DNA of 63,929 bases, filler included, from Choristocarpus tenellus KU-1152 (lineage: Eukaryota; Protista; Phaeophyceae), in NCBI GenBank assembly GCA_964200185.2. It is 12 parts of 12 records of this genome, joined end to end, with 100 filler letters (N's around TTAATTAATTAA, not from the genome) between each part and the next. Parts side by side here need not be neighbours in the genome. Positions count along the whole stretch, not along the records: positions 37,878 to 41,742 come from CAXNAD020017503.1; positions 41,843 to 46,890 come from CAXNAD020012049.1; positions 46,991 to 52,213 come from CAXNAD020011453.1; positions 52,314 to 55,322 come from CAXNAD020022966.1; 8 more parts are not named here. One strand, 5' to 3'. The notes under the pieces are model-generated. The model saw nothing but the letters and a program-made list of their open reading frames with translations. It searched no databases and was not told the DNA's origin. Shown here one piece after another: positions 40,192 to 52,352 of this stretch. Position 1 is the stretch's first letter, and every line of letters starts with the position of its first letter. Made by a program: the position numbers and the translations under genes.

Positions 40192-40276
40192 GTACTCAAC
40201 TATAATTAGTTCAATCATCTGATCTGTCCACCGTATTTGAGTTTGTATCAAGCCACCTCACAATAAACGCCCTGAT

Positions 40277-40534
40277 GAGCCAAAGTATCTTAGAGAGTAG
40301 AGCCGCGTCCATTTGGGGTTCAAAATTTAATGTTGCGATTTTGATGTAGTTTTTCATATCGTGTTTGTTAGGAAGTGTCAATATCCTTGTTCTTGGTACA
40401 CCTTTTCATATCGTACACGTTTTGCCTACTCTGAAACATTTTGGAGTAGAAAAATGAAATTAAAAAAAAATAGGAAGGCAAGCCCCAAATGGACAAACAG
40501 GGCAAAACTCCTACCCTCTAAGATACTTTCACTC
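40277..40534 (+). mobile_element. MITE family A, full copy (258 bp) with 4-bp TSD TGAT
   Basis: TIRs GAGCCAAAGTATCTTAGAGAGTAG / CTACCCTCTAAGATACTTTCACTC; subterminal inverted GTCCATTTGGGG / CCCCAAATGGAC; TGAT on both flanks. Confidence 0.92.
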
Positions 40535-42139
40535 TGATCACGCACATTAATCTAACCCATAAAATTCATAGGTGAAAAGAGACCTCGTGTTGAGGGTGGA
40601 TGTGGAGGAGGGTACAGAATATCTGGACATCATCAAATACGCTGAGGGCGTTACCCTGAACACCAGTGACGAACACACAGGCAAGCAATTACATCATTGT
40701 ACAACATCGCCATAGATTAACATCCAAACATGGTTCCCTACACACCAAACACACAACCTAGACTCTCACAGATCCTACCGACGTTTGACAGTTTCACAAC
40801 GCGAACATTGTCACAGGGTTCTCCGGTTCTTTCCAAGGGTGCGAAGTTCCTCGTTGAAAACATTATTTCATACTCTTGCTGTGTTGTACCGATCGACAGA
40901 ACCCGGCAAAAGGAGAGAAATTATGTCGCGATTACATGCTAGTCCTGCATACATCCTCTTCACCCTATGTTACCAGCCCTATTCGTCTTCCTGTTTTGTG
41001 GACTCGAATAATCGGCACACCTTTAAAGAACCGCTAGTACTCTGGTCCATCCATCCTTTCCTCAGCCCCCACATCCTCTTCTGTATCCTGCCCCGCTTAC
41101 TCCTTCGCACGAACCTCTATCTCATCCCTTGCCTCCTAACGCTAACCCCTCTTCCCGTTGTTTTGTCTCCTACTTCGCCACGTCATTTGCCTACTCCTCC
41201 ACCATCACGGAGATAACACGAGTCACAAATATTGTGATCACGACAGAGAAAAACGCCACGTCTGAGCACGACCTTGACAAGGTCTAGTCCGAAACGAGCG
41301 CCACCCGCGAGAGAGAAGTCGCTCTTCTCCAGACCCGACCAGGAGGCATGGTAATCACATGCACCGCCCTCGGGGACAACCTCAATCCGGATCGTATCCA
41401 ACTCCTCATAGACGAACTCTCCATCTTATGCAATTCTACATTGGTGAAGACAACGTTAGCTGGTGGCGTGTCCACACCTATACCTTGTGGTAGACCAAAC
41501 CCACCAGATGCTGAAGAGGAACAAGATGGCCCATCGCCTAGCCCTGCAGTAGGGACGGGAAGCAGGACTCTATGAGGGGGGGGGCATACAATCACACCCA
41601 CGGAATACGACTCTGAAGGCGATGGGGGCCGACCCGTTTGCCACGCTTTCACATGTCCAGAGGACCTTGCACAGGAGGACGTGAGGGGGTGGCTAGGCAA
41701 GGACTCGGAGTACACGCCTGTTAGGAGTGACACAAGGATGTCNNNNNNNNNNNNNNNNNNNNNNNNNNNNNNNNNNNNNNNNNNNNTTAATTAATTAANN
41801 NNNNNNNNNNNNNNNNNNNNNNNNNNNNNNNNNNNNNNNNNNTTGGGGTTTTGTTGGTTTTTTTGCGTTTTGTTTTTTGGGAGGGGGGGGCTGGGTTGTT
41901 TTTTTTTTTTTTTTTTTGGGGGGGGGGGGGGGGGGCAGGAAAAGCAAAGGAGAGCGATATGTTTCTTCTACCAGTGAATTGTTTACATGTGATGTATTTA
42001 GCCAATAGAATAGGGTGTGTTTCTTGCCTTCTTGTCGTGAGTCTTTTGAAGTACTTGGATGCCTTTGACGCAATAATAATAATAATAGAAGTAGTAATCA
42101 CTCCGTCCGTTGGATGACAAACAAACAGTACGAATACAT

Positions 42140-42246
42140 ACTTTGTAACTGTAATGTAACTATTGTAACTTTAACGTAACCATTTGTAACTGTGATGTAA
42201 CTATTGTAACCGTAATGTAACTGTAATGTAACTGTAATGTAACTGT
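42140..42246. repeat. (GTAACT/GTAAT)n degenerate tandem repeat
   Basis: Directly visible. Confidence 0.85.
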
Positions 42247-42429
42247 ACCGAGTGTATGTTTCGACATCGACTGAGTGTATTGGTGGGGTTACAGTAAGTT
42301 CTAGACATATCAAAAGGGTTTCCAATCGGTGAGGCGAGTGCGGGGACACTAAATGAATGATAGGGTTAGGGTTAGGGAGGAAATGGCAGTCGTTGGCAGA
42401 CACTAAATGTGTGCTTTTATGTGTGTTAA

Positions 42430-42467
<38 letters not shown>

Positions 42468-43531
42468 TACCTGGTCTGTGAGGTTGAATTGTTGTTAGAA
42501 AGTTAGGGTTAGGGTTAGGGTTAGATGAGAGATGGTCCTCCTGTGTTAAAACAAAAAAAAACAATGGCGGGTTGTGCACATGTAAATTAAAACAAAATAT
42601 ATATATATATATTGTAATCTGTAGTGCTGCTCCTATCCCAAACCCTAACCAGTTTTTTTGTCTGGTCCTTGATTGGTGGACACGCTTACCAGCTCTTGGC
42701 AGTTTCATATTTTGAACTACTCCAATCAAGAGCCAAGGGGAATGATCGAGCACATCGTAGCTCTCTTCATTGTGTGTGGAGTTTTTTGGGGGGCTTTTTC
42801 TTGTCACTATTTAAAAAAAAAAAAAAAAAAGTGGTCATTTTTTTTTTTTTTTTATGTTTTTTTTTTTTTTTTTTTTTCTTGAAATTTCCCCTTTTTTCCT
42901 GGTTCTTTCTGGAAGTGGTGGGGGATGAAATTTCCCAGAACAGTCTTCACGCCTGTGAACACTATTAAATAGAGACAAAGTAAGGTAGGTATACATGTGT
43001 ATCTTTATCTATATTTGTTGACAAAGTAAGGTATACCTGATCCGTATGGAGTTCCGTTAACGCCATATGTCTGTTCAAGTCCTTCAAACCTGAGCAAGAA
43101 AAATACTGTATAAGCATGCCTGTTTAGTACTATTTCATTAGGTGACTTGGAATTGATTTTTTTTTTTTACATATTTAAATTGATACGCGGTGTGGTATGC
43201 TATTTAAAATATAAATATAATTATAATTATATATTATATGTATGTATGTAGATTTTTTAAATAATGTAACTGTCCTCCAAATGTCATTAATTACATTTTT
43301 TAAATTACGTTTTGTTCAAATTGCGTCACCCTACGACAAACCCCTATTATTCTTGTCTTGTTTTATTTTCTTTTTTAAAGAGAGAAAAAAAAAAAGGTTA
43401 AAAAAAAAAAGTTTCGGTGTTACTGTTCGTCGCTCTTTTATTATCATTAACTATTTTAGTCAGTATTAACTCTCTTAGTTATTATTGTTTATTCCACCCT
43501 ATAAACCCATTTTTTTGCACTCTTTTATCAG

Positions 43532-43696
43532 ACAGAACATGATCAGAACATTCAACCAGCACGGAGACAGGGGGACTAGGCTGTTCCTGCTATCCACTGG
43601 GGCAGGCAGTGTGGGCATCAATCTCACCTCCGCCAACAGGGTGGTGCTCCTTGATACTAGCTGGAACCCTGCTGCTGATCTGCAAGCTATGTCAAG
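43532..43696 (+). CDS. SNF2-family helicase C-terminal domain exon (ATRX/ARIP4-like)
   Basis: RQNMIRTFN...[39 protein letters not shown]; acceptor TATCAG|, donor AAG|GTTTGA, phase 2. Confidence 0.9.
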
Positions 43697-43747
43697 GTTT
43701 GAGCGGGGGAGGGGGAGGGTGGGAATACTGTACCAACGACACTGTTA

Positions 43748-43780
<33 letters not shown>

Positions 43781-45032
43781 GTTGTTGTTGTTGTTGTTAC
43801 TATTATTATTACTATTATTATTACTATTGCTATTACTGTTATTATAGCATCCAAATAAAAATAATACTCATTAAGAAAAAGGAAGGTATTTCTAATACCG
43901 CAGGCTATTGCGAGTCGCGAAGTGGTGGAAAATCTGTATCTCTGTTGCAGTACCTCCCCTCTCCGTTTCTTTTTTTCAATGAAAGGTTTGGTAGGGTACA
44001 GGCTTGAACCCGCGAAATTTGTGAAATATGGTATCTTGGTGAAATGACTACGTTGCTGGCTCTTTTCTGGCATACAAGATATATATCGATACAGATATAT
44101 ATAATCTTCTGGTTTACTGGTCCTCGCAATAGCACACCATAAATAAAATAGATATATAGATATATATAGATATATAGATATATAGATATGTTTCTTCAGT
44201 TTGAGAGTCAATCACGGTTTGGAGCAAGTTGTTCACATCTGATTGTGATCAATTGAGGTATTTTTTCTCACTGTGTGATATGGAGATTTTATCCAGTTTC
44301 ATTATTTTATTATTTTACTATTTAGTGTGGTTGGGTAACAAAACAAAAAAGTGGGAATACTTTTTTTATGGTGTTTGTTAGGGTTCGGGTTTGTTTATCT
44401 TAACATATATCTTAACATATTATTTTGTTTATATACTTTGTGCAGGACCTCTTCTCTTTAAAATTGTTTATATATATATTAATCATATTGTTTATTATTA
44501 TTATTATTATTATTATTATTTTGCCTCTTTTCAAGTAAATCCGTCACCCTGATCCTGATCCTGATTCTGATCCCACACCATAGTAATGCTGTAAGTAAGT
44601 AGTAAGGTAGTGAAACATTAGTTTAAATTCAAGGTTTCAGGACTGCTGACCATTGTGGTGACCACTCTGGTCCTCTCTTGATGAAACGGAGATGGACACA
44701 ACTATTTTTTTTACTTCTTTTTTTACTTATTTACTTGATGTCATTGGGCAGTATGTACTGGATACTGAATACTTTTTGTTTTGGTTTTGATATTTGATTT
44801 GAATACTTTTTTTAAAATTTAGTGTGTTGTGATTTTTTTTCTTTTTTTGCCAACTACAGATCTGACTTACTCTTGTAGGAAGGACTACTTTAACACACAC
44901 ACACACACATATATATGATATATTTTTAGGGTATATGGAACTGTAGGTACAACCTGGTGCTTGTTCTTTTTCTATTGTGTCTCTTTTTATTTATTAAAAA
45001 AAAAGTGTGGTTTTTACTCTCGCTTTTTTTTC

Positions 45033-45303
45033 GTATATCATGTATTGTGTATTGTGTATCATATATCATGTATCATGTATCATGTATTGTGTATCATGCA
45101 TCATATATCATGTATTGTGTATTGTGTATCATACATCATGTATGATGTATCATGTATTGTGTATCATGCATCATATATCATGTATCATGTATTGTGTATT
45201 GTGTATCATGCATCAAATATCATGTATTGTGTATTGTGTATCATACATCATGTATCATGTATTGTGTATCATGCGTCATATATCATGTATCATATATCAT
45301 GTA
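45033..45303. repeat. 7-bp minisatellite (TATCATG/TATTGTG)n abutting a splice acceptor
   Basis: Directly visible; ends in CATGTAG|G. Confidence 0.95.
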
Positions 45304-45304
45304 G

Positions 45305-45392
45305 GTGCTACCGACTGGGGCAGACCAAGCCTGTCTTTGTGTACAGGCTGGTTATGGAGGGTGCCATTGAGGAGAAAAAACACCGGAAGCAG
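45305..45392 (+). CDS. SNF2-family helicase exon, motif VI (ATRX/ARIP4-like)
   Basis: AG|G completes Arg; CYRLGQTKPVFVYRLVMEGAIEEKKHRKQ; donor CAG|GTGATT. Confidence 0.9.
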
Positions 45393-45409
45393 GTGATTGT
45401 TGCTTACAT

Positions 45410-45787
45410 AGGGTTAGGGTTAGGGTTAGGGTTTCATCGAAACTAGTCCTTGGTTTTGTAAGGGTTAGGGTTAGGGTTTCATCGAAAATAGTCCATGGTT
45501 AGGGTTAGGGTTAGGGTTTCATCGAAAATAGTCCTTGGTTTTGTAAGGGTTAGGGTTAGGGTTTCATCGAAAATAGTCCATGGTTTTGTTAGGGTTAGGG
45601 TTAGGGTTTCATCGAAAATAGTCTTTGGTTTTGTAAGGGTTAGGGTTAGGGTTTCATCGAAAATAGTCCTTGGTTTTGTAAGGGTTAGGGTTAGGGTTTC
45701 ATCGAAAATAGTCTTTGGTTTTGTAAGGGTTAGGGTTAGGGTTTCATCGAAAATAGTCCATGGTTTTGTTAGGGTTAGGGTTAGGGT
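45410..45787. repeat. 45-bp minisatellite built on telomeric-type (AGGGTT)3, 8 units
   Basis: (AGGGTT)3 TCATCGAAAATAGTCCTTGGTTTTGTA repeated; one unit shortened. Confidence 0.95.
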
Positions 45788-46824
45788 ACATAGGCAAGGA
45801 CTAGTTTGTACAGACAGGTGATACCCTGTGGTACCTCCTGTTTCGAGAAAAGAAGAGTTTGTATTGTAATTGGGATTCCTACTCAGGGGGGGGGGGGTTA
45901 GGGTTAGGGTTAGGGTTCTGTATTTTATTTCAGTGTTTGTGTTGTCTGTAGGGATAGGGTTGTAGGCCCAAGGTTAGCGTTTCCATTTGTAGTAGTTATC
46001 CCTGGAGTTTGGGTTTTTTAGGGTTAGGGTTGAAATTGAAAGTACGTTTTGTGTACTGGTTGGTCAGTGCTGTTCTTGGACCTTGCCCTCCCTGTGTATT
46101 GGTTGTGCTGTTCTTGTCTAGGATTGAGTTTGATACTCTGCATTGAGAGATTGAAACATTAAAGCAATCATCGTCCTCTTACATCGACCTTTTAGCGAAC
46201 AAGTTTGTGTGATACTTTCTTTTATTTTATTGTTGTGAAAACTTTGATCACAACCCTAACCCTAACCCCCCCCACTCCGTAACATTAACACTACGGATTT
46301 TGGCATTGAAATTGAGCAATCCAACCCTAACCCTAAAAATCTAGACTATTTTTTGTTTCGTTTGTGTCTTCAGCAAATAATAATAAAAAATATATATAAT
46401 AAGAACAAGGTGGGGGGGAGGGAATAGAAAAGGTGTAGGGATGTATAGTGCATGGTATGGTATTGGTGTGATCATGTATTTGTAGTATGATCCCATATAC
46501 CCAGCCATGCCCCCCCCCCCACCTCTTTTGATTGGTTAGAAATAAGAATAAAATGCATCTTGGCGACTTTTTTTTTTTTGGAGGTTTTGTTGTTGGTAAG
46601 GAGAATGGACTTAGGGTTAGGGTTAGGGTTAGGTGCCATTGTACTACAATCGGAATAGTCTTGGTGCACACTGGTATTGGTATAATGGTGTTGTTGGTTC
46701 CAGTGTGAAATTATATCGGATCGTGATATATCGGATCACATGGGTGTTGAAGTGATTTCTAGGTTTGTGTTGTTCACATTAGCGAGCCTAGCTTGGAGTG
46801 AGACGCACTCAGGGTTAGAGTCTA

Positions 46825-46890
46825 GACTCAAAGCATCTGGGGGGGGGGGCAGCTATCCATGTTGGGGTCCATTTTTCCATTTCGTGATTT
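46825..46890. mobile_element. MITE family B terminus
   Basis: GACTCAAAGCATCT(G)n...; reverse-complement relative of 10165-10229. Confidence 0.7.
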
Positions 46891-47116
46891 NNNNNNNNNN
46901 NNNNNNNNNNNNNNNNNNNNNNNNNNNNNNNNNNTTAATTAATTAANNNNNNNNNNNNNNNNNNNNNNNNNNNNNNNNNNNNNNNNNNNNCTTCCTAATC
47001 TACTCCACCGATGGTGTCTATAGTGTATCAGCAGCACTATCTACGAACAGGTGATTCTGTCCTGTGACTTACAGGGGGAGATAAAACGCGCTTTTCTTCT
47101 GCTTACGGTACATCTA

Positions 47117-47378
47117 GAGTGAAAGTATCTTAGAGGGTCGTAGTTTTGCCCTGTTTGTCCATTTGGGGCTTAGATTCCCACGGGGGGGTTTATGACGTTT
47201 TATCTACTCGGAAATGTTTTGGAGTAGGTAAAATGCATATGTTATGAAGACGTGTGTCTGGAGCAAGGATATTGACACTTCCTAACAGACATGATAGCCA
47301 AAATTACATCAAACGTTCAACGTTGGATCTTGGTCGCCAAACGGACGCGGCTCTGCCCTCTAAAAGACACTTTTACAC
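47117..47378 (-). mobile_element. MITE family A copy, reverse orientation
   Basis: Starts GAGTGAAAGTATCTTAGAGGG; co-linear with the reverse complement of 40277-40534; CTA on both flanks if the end is 47378. Confidence 0.85.
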
Positions 47379-48693
47379 CTAGTTCATGTAGGCGAATGGG
47401 GGAGAGAGAAAGTCGTGAGAGGACTCATACCATGTTTTTTTGGTTGTCTTGTGTCGTAGAACATGAGGCAATATTCATCGGAATAGTGGGTGGATCTGGT
47501 GTGTTTAAGCTTACATATTTGCTGAACATTTTGTCCTGAATTATCAAAGCATAATCACACTAAACCCACTATTCCTAAGAAGTGTGCTTTATTTCGTGGA
47601 GCACAACATCAACAACTTAACTGCCCATCCGTCACTCACCCACCTACTCCAATCACGACCAACCACACACACACAGTATAAGATACACCCACCACTGACC
47701 TCATCTCATTCATAGTTGATTCTGGATGCACAGCGCCCTTTGCCAATCCCTCCATTTATCCACACCATCCACCACAATGAGTACATAGAAGCACAAGATC
47801 AGTAGACATACATCGCGGACAGAGGGATAGCATGCGTTACTCCAGTTCCATCAGATATGGATTCAAGCGTGTTCTTCTAGTAGTTCGTTTTTTCTGCTTA
47901 CAATCTTTCTTCTTCTTCGTAACACAAGGAGACCTCAAATACACACTAATTGTTGATTACTTTTTCTTTCTTGGTTGTCATTTTTCTTCGTCTTCGTAAC
48001 ACAAGGAGACCTCAAATACACGCTAATTGTTGAGTACTTTTTCTTTCTTCGTTGTCATTGCCCCCTCAAAATACACCAACTTCGCTATGCAATAAGTGTA
48101 CCTGATACACACCTGGATGCCGTATATTCAGAGCTAAATCATCTACAGAAACCCCTGTCAGCCAACAGACCATGGATTTCTTCCCTTGAGTATCTCAAGA
48201 AAGAACACTGAATTCGCATCATCCTTCTTGACTGAGCGATCAGTGATATACAAACTCACACAATACGACACACTAGTAAATGCCACACATTAGTAACTGC
48301 CCCGCCGAAGTTGGTCACTGATTAGAGGGATAGCAACCCTCGTGCGAAACCTCAACAAGCCTAACACCTTGCGATCCCTGGGATTAGATTTTGCCGGAAC
48401 ATTAGTAAGCCCCTGTGCGACCCCCTCCTCCGTAGCTCAGGGATTTGCTAATGTTCCAACAGAGAGCGGTGTGGGACAAATCTTCCGACAACATGGTGAG
48501 ATGTTGACGAGTTGACACACTGTTACTGTGATTTGTACAACTTGCGTTCACAGGAACAATTCATTGTGGAGGGATGCAGTTGTATCCTTATTTTCATTAA
48601 GGACCCCTTTGGACCTCTTTCACAGGCAGAGAGTTTGTGTACAAATGTTTGTACATCTTTCATAGACAGGAGGGTAGTGAATCAAGTATTTGT

Positions 48694-48939
48694 GAGCCAA
48701 AGTATATGAGAGGTACCAAGGTTTTGGTCGTTCCGTTTTAAGCCAGTTTTTCAATCTTTGACAATTCACCCATATTTCTACGGGTGAAGTGTTCGCCTTG
48801 AGAGAATTGGTTTCTCTATTGTTCGAGACCTTTTGAGAGAATTCAGAAAATGTCCTACACTCTTTTGTAGCAAGAGTCCAATTTTGAAACTATATTTCAA
48901 CGTCCTTAAGATGCAACTCTCTCGTTTGCTTTTTGACTC
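48694..48939. mobile_element. Further GAG..CTC MITE (family A-type TIR, different interior)
   Basis: Left GAGCCAAAGTATATGAGAGGTA, right CTCTCGTTTGCTTTTTGACTC; TGT on both flanks; 246 bp. Confidence 0.55.
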
Positions 48940-51869
48940 TGTACAATTTTCGTACCCGGGGAGTGGTAAGACAAGTACTTCTACATGTCTTGTAGAGCAT
49001 GAGTCGTACCGACAAACATTTGTTCGTCCTTTTTACACAGGAGTAGTGGTACCGATACACAAGATGTGAGCACTCCCCACCAATGTGACACATGTTTGTC
49101 CAAAATGTTAGGGGGAACAAAAATATAATATATACTCCAAAGTATATATATATATGTGTAGATGTGAGGGCATAAAAATATATCTACATATGAATTGTGT
49201 GATCCTGAGACGGCGTTGTTCACTCAGGGAAGGATGGTAAAGAGATTCAGCGATCAAGACGAATCAGAAGGACCAAGATGAACCAGACGGACCAAGACGA
49301 ACCAGATGGACCAAGACGAACCATAGCCGAGAGGACGAGGTTAAGGCTCGACAAGCGCAAGACTGCTTGCACAAAACTGTGGAGACCAACTGACTGATTA
49401 AGAGAGGATCATCAGAAAAGTCAAGACGTGAGAACAAAGTGAATATTTCATGTTTGACGAATCTGAATGTAGACCAGTCCGATATATGTGGAACTGGACT
49501 CTTGAAGAGATATTCCATGGATTCTTTCTCGCAGAAGATCCTCCACTGAAATCAGGGGTTCCTGGCATGGAACCTCAATCGGTACAACGGTATATGGCAT
49601 ACAGAAATAACGGTATATTATCAGGCAAACCTGCTTTCCACGTCACCCCCTTCCCCCATCTGATCGGCCTTGAAGCCATGTAAACATTGTTCAATGTCAA
49701 CCAAAAAGCGAGGTCTCGGAGCAAAATGGGAAAAACATGTGTGACAGTATACTACTCCGCCATTATAGTACACGAACCCATGGATACAAAATGAAGTGTA
49801 GAATATTAGCGAGGCATTAATGAATATCCGATCAGGATATCATTGCCCCAACGTTGATGGGATATGGTCAACGTGTTAAAACATAGACTACTCATATTTT
49901 GTGTAATTGATACGATACAGTATTGACAGTTCATACTGACTGTTGATTCGCACATCTGTGCTGGTCATTACTCACATTTCCATCATTAGCACCTCATCAT
50001 AGCATCTACTACTGTTTGAACATCATGGTGCATAGGAAGTATGGAACGGCCGACATCAGTCAACCATACAAGCATACTATGTGGCAAATGAGTTGTCCCC
50101 GATATTTATTCAAGTTTGATTCTTTGTTTTCTTTGGTCTTCACACCAGATCCATCAGTTCCATCTCATATGTTCATTTTTCTTTTTTTCTCTGGTTGTCT
50201 TTGCCCCTACTTAGACTTAGAGTTCACTCTGCACTAAGTGTACTTCTGCACAACAGGATGGCATATTTTCAGAGTTAAAAAAATCATCATAAACCCTTCT
50301 TCACAAGGTGCCAAGCCTCTACCCAGATTTAACGATCATCATGAAATGACTAACCCCATTAAAAACAAAGATTCTTGTCTGCCACTAGAAAAGTGATAGA
50401 AGGTTCAGGTGAGGAATATTTGCTCCTTGTTCTTTTCGAGTGGCATGATCCCCCCTCGACATGATGTAATGACAGTACAATCACACCCCGTATCGAGAGG
50501 TGAGCCACCAATATTGTAGTCGTTGTGAGCAATACTTCAATCGATGTCAGAATGTGAGGAAGGAGAGCATGTGCGCACATGTAATCTCGCCGTTTGTTGT
50601 GTTGATATCGATCGTGTAACATGCACTTGTGTTTCCACGCATCAGGGTGTTGACCAAAATCATCGCATAGCGCTCATACAGCAATTTCAGATCCCAAACG
50701 CTAGTCAAACATTTTATTGACATCGTATAGCGTTTGCTCTTTGCATCCTCATTCTGGGTATCCCGTGCTTATACAAGATACAGGAGACATACATCCTGGT
50801 CACATATACAACTCGAATGATATTTAGGCTGGTTGATACTCTGATCCCATATTCTCAGACCTCGTAAGTTTGATTGGCATGCTGTGTTGAAACTTGGGAC
50901 TTAAAGAATCGTGCTCTTGTACGGTGCCAGGTTGGTAGAGGCGAAGGAGTGTCATAGTGCAATGAAGCGCAGGTGAATTCATGCCGATGAACCTAGTGAC
51001 ACGATGTGCATAGTCAGAGGGTTATTTGGTAACATGTTGTGGGTATTATTAGGGACGCTCAAAGGAAAAGTACATGCTCTGAGCAACGCGACATGATGTA
51101 CTGAAAGGCCATCTCTAGCACATAGTTGCGAATGTGTCTGGTGATATGATCTCTTCACCGCCTCATGTGTCCACTCATGCAAACGAGGAGAGTTGAGAGA
51201 TAAATTAATTGTATTTTTAATATACCTAAATGCCACCAACATACACATGTAGTCTATTTGCAAGGACTTATAACCTAGTACACAGGAGATGTCAAGTCAG
51301 AGCTTGTCATGAACAGGTTAACCGACGTCTGTCACCAGTTATCAAACCTCTTCACAAAACGATAGATCTATGACATAATGACACATAAACGAATTGTCTA
51401 AACAACATGGTCAACCTATGTAAGGGATTGGAATATGCGGGTAACACGACAACCAGGCCAAGATACACAAGTAAAAAAAACACACACACACACACGCACA
51501 CACACGCACACACACAAACATTAAAAAACAGGATCTGTACCGCACATAGATACAATTTTATCTTTACTGAAACGATGATAGGTTACAATAATGCAGCAAT
51601 GCATGACATACAGACTATGCAAAGGAATATGGTAATGATAAATATGAATGCTCAAGTCGACATTGTGTGAGACGAGAATTTTACTGGTTATCCCATCCAA
51701 TTACTGCACGATAGGCTGCAATCAGTTCACGGCATTGTGAGATCCGTACTGTTCTTTTTTGAAGATCACAAGACGGTCCATAGCCACAAGGACAAGACGA
51801 TCGATAACATTTGTGGACAAACGACGATCAGGTCCAGGTTTATGTCCAACAATTCCATCAATAGTGTAT

Positions 51870-52213
51870 GAGCCAAAGTATCTTAGAGGGTAGAGTCACG
51901 TCCATTTGGGGACCAAAGTCGGATGTTGCGATAATGATATAATTTTGGCTATCGCTTTTGTTAGGAAGTGTCAATGAGCCAAAGTATCTTAGAGGGTACA
52001 GCCGCGTCCATTTGGGGACCAAACTCCAATGTCGCGATTTTTAATAATTTTGGCTATCATTTTAATTTTAAAGTGTCCTTATCCTTGTTCCAGACACACC
52101 TTTTCATGATGTATACATTTTACCTAGTCCGAAACATTTTGGAGTAGGAAAATGTCATAAAAAAAAGCACGGGAAGCCAAGCCCCAAATGGACAAACAGG
52201 GCAAAACTCGTAC
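51870..52213 (+). mobile_element. Two family A MITEs: partial 51870-51975 followed by a near-full copy 51976-52213
   Basis: Left TIR GAGCCAAAGTATCTTAGAGGGTA occurs at 51870 and 51976; the second copy is cut by the contig end. Confidence 0.9.
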
Positions 52214-52313
52214 NNNNNNNNNNNNNNNNNNNNNNNNNNNNNNNNNNNNNNNNNNNNTTAATTAATTAANNNNNNNNNNNNNNNNNNNNNNNNNNNNNNN
52301 NNNNNNNNNNNNN

Positions 52314-52352
52314 CCCTCACAAACCACCCCCCCCCCCAAGATACTTTGACCC
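52314..52352. mobile_element. MITE family B terminus abutting a copia RT/RNase H region
   Basis: (C)nAAGATACTTTGACCC directly followed by copia coding sequence. Confidence 0.75.

Noticed and set aside
40040-40209. Ulp1-protease-like FLSDKVLNY
   Set aside because: A splice donor falls within the motif and no catalytic H/D/C motifs follow.
45410-45787. CRISPR-like or true telomere interpretation of the 45-bp array
   Set aside because: The intervening segments are near-identical, not unique spacers; no cas genes; the array is internal and intronic.
48050-48200. LLADRGF (Harbinger/ISL2EU DDE) and SEYTASRC (TnpB/Fanzor-like) on the minus strand
   Set aside because: Isolated short matches among stops, not conserved in the paralogous segment near 50200-50330.
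48950-48985. P-loop-like PGSGKTS
   Set aside because: Short ORF that runs out of a MITE; no hydrophobic strand context or Walker B.
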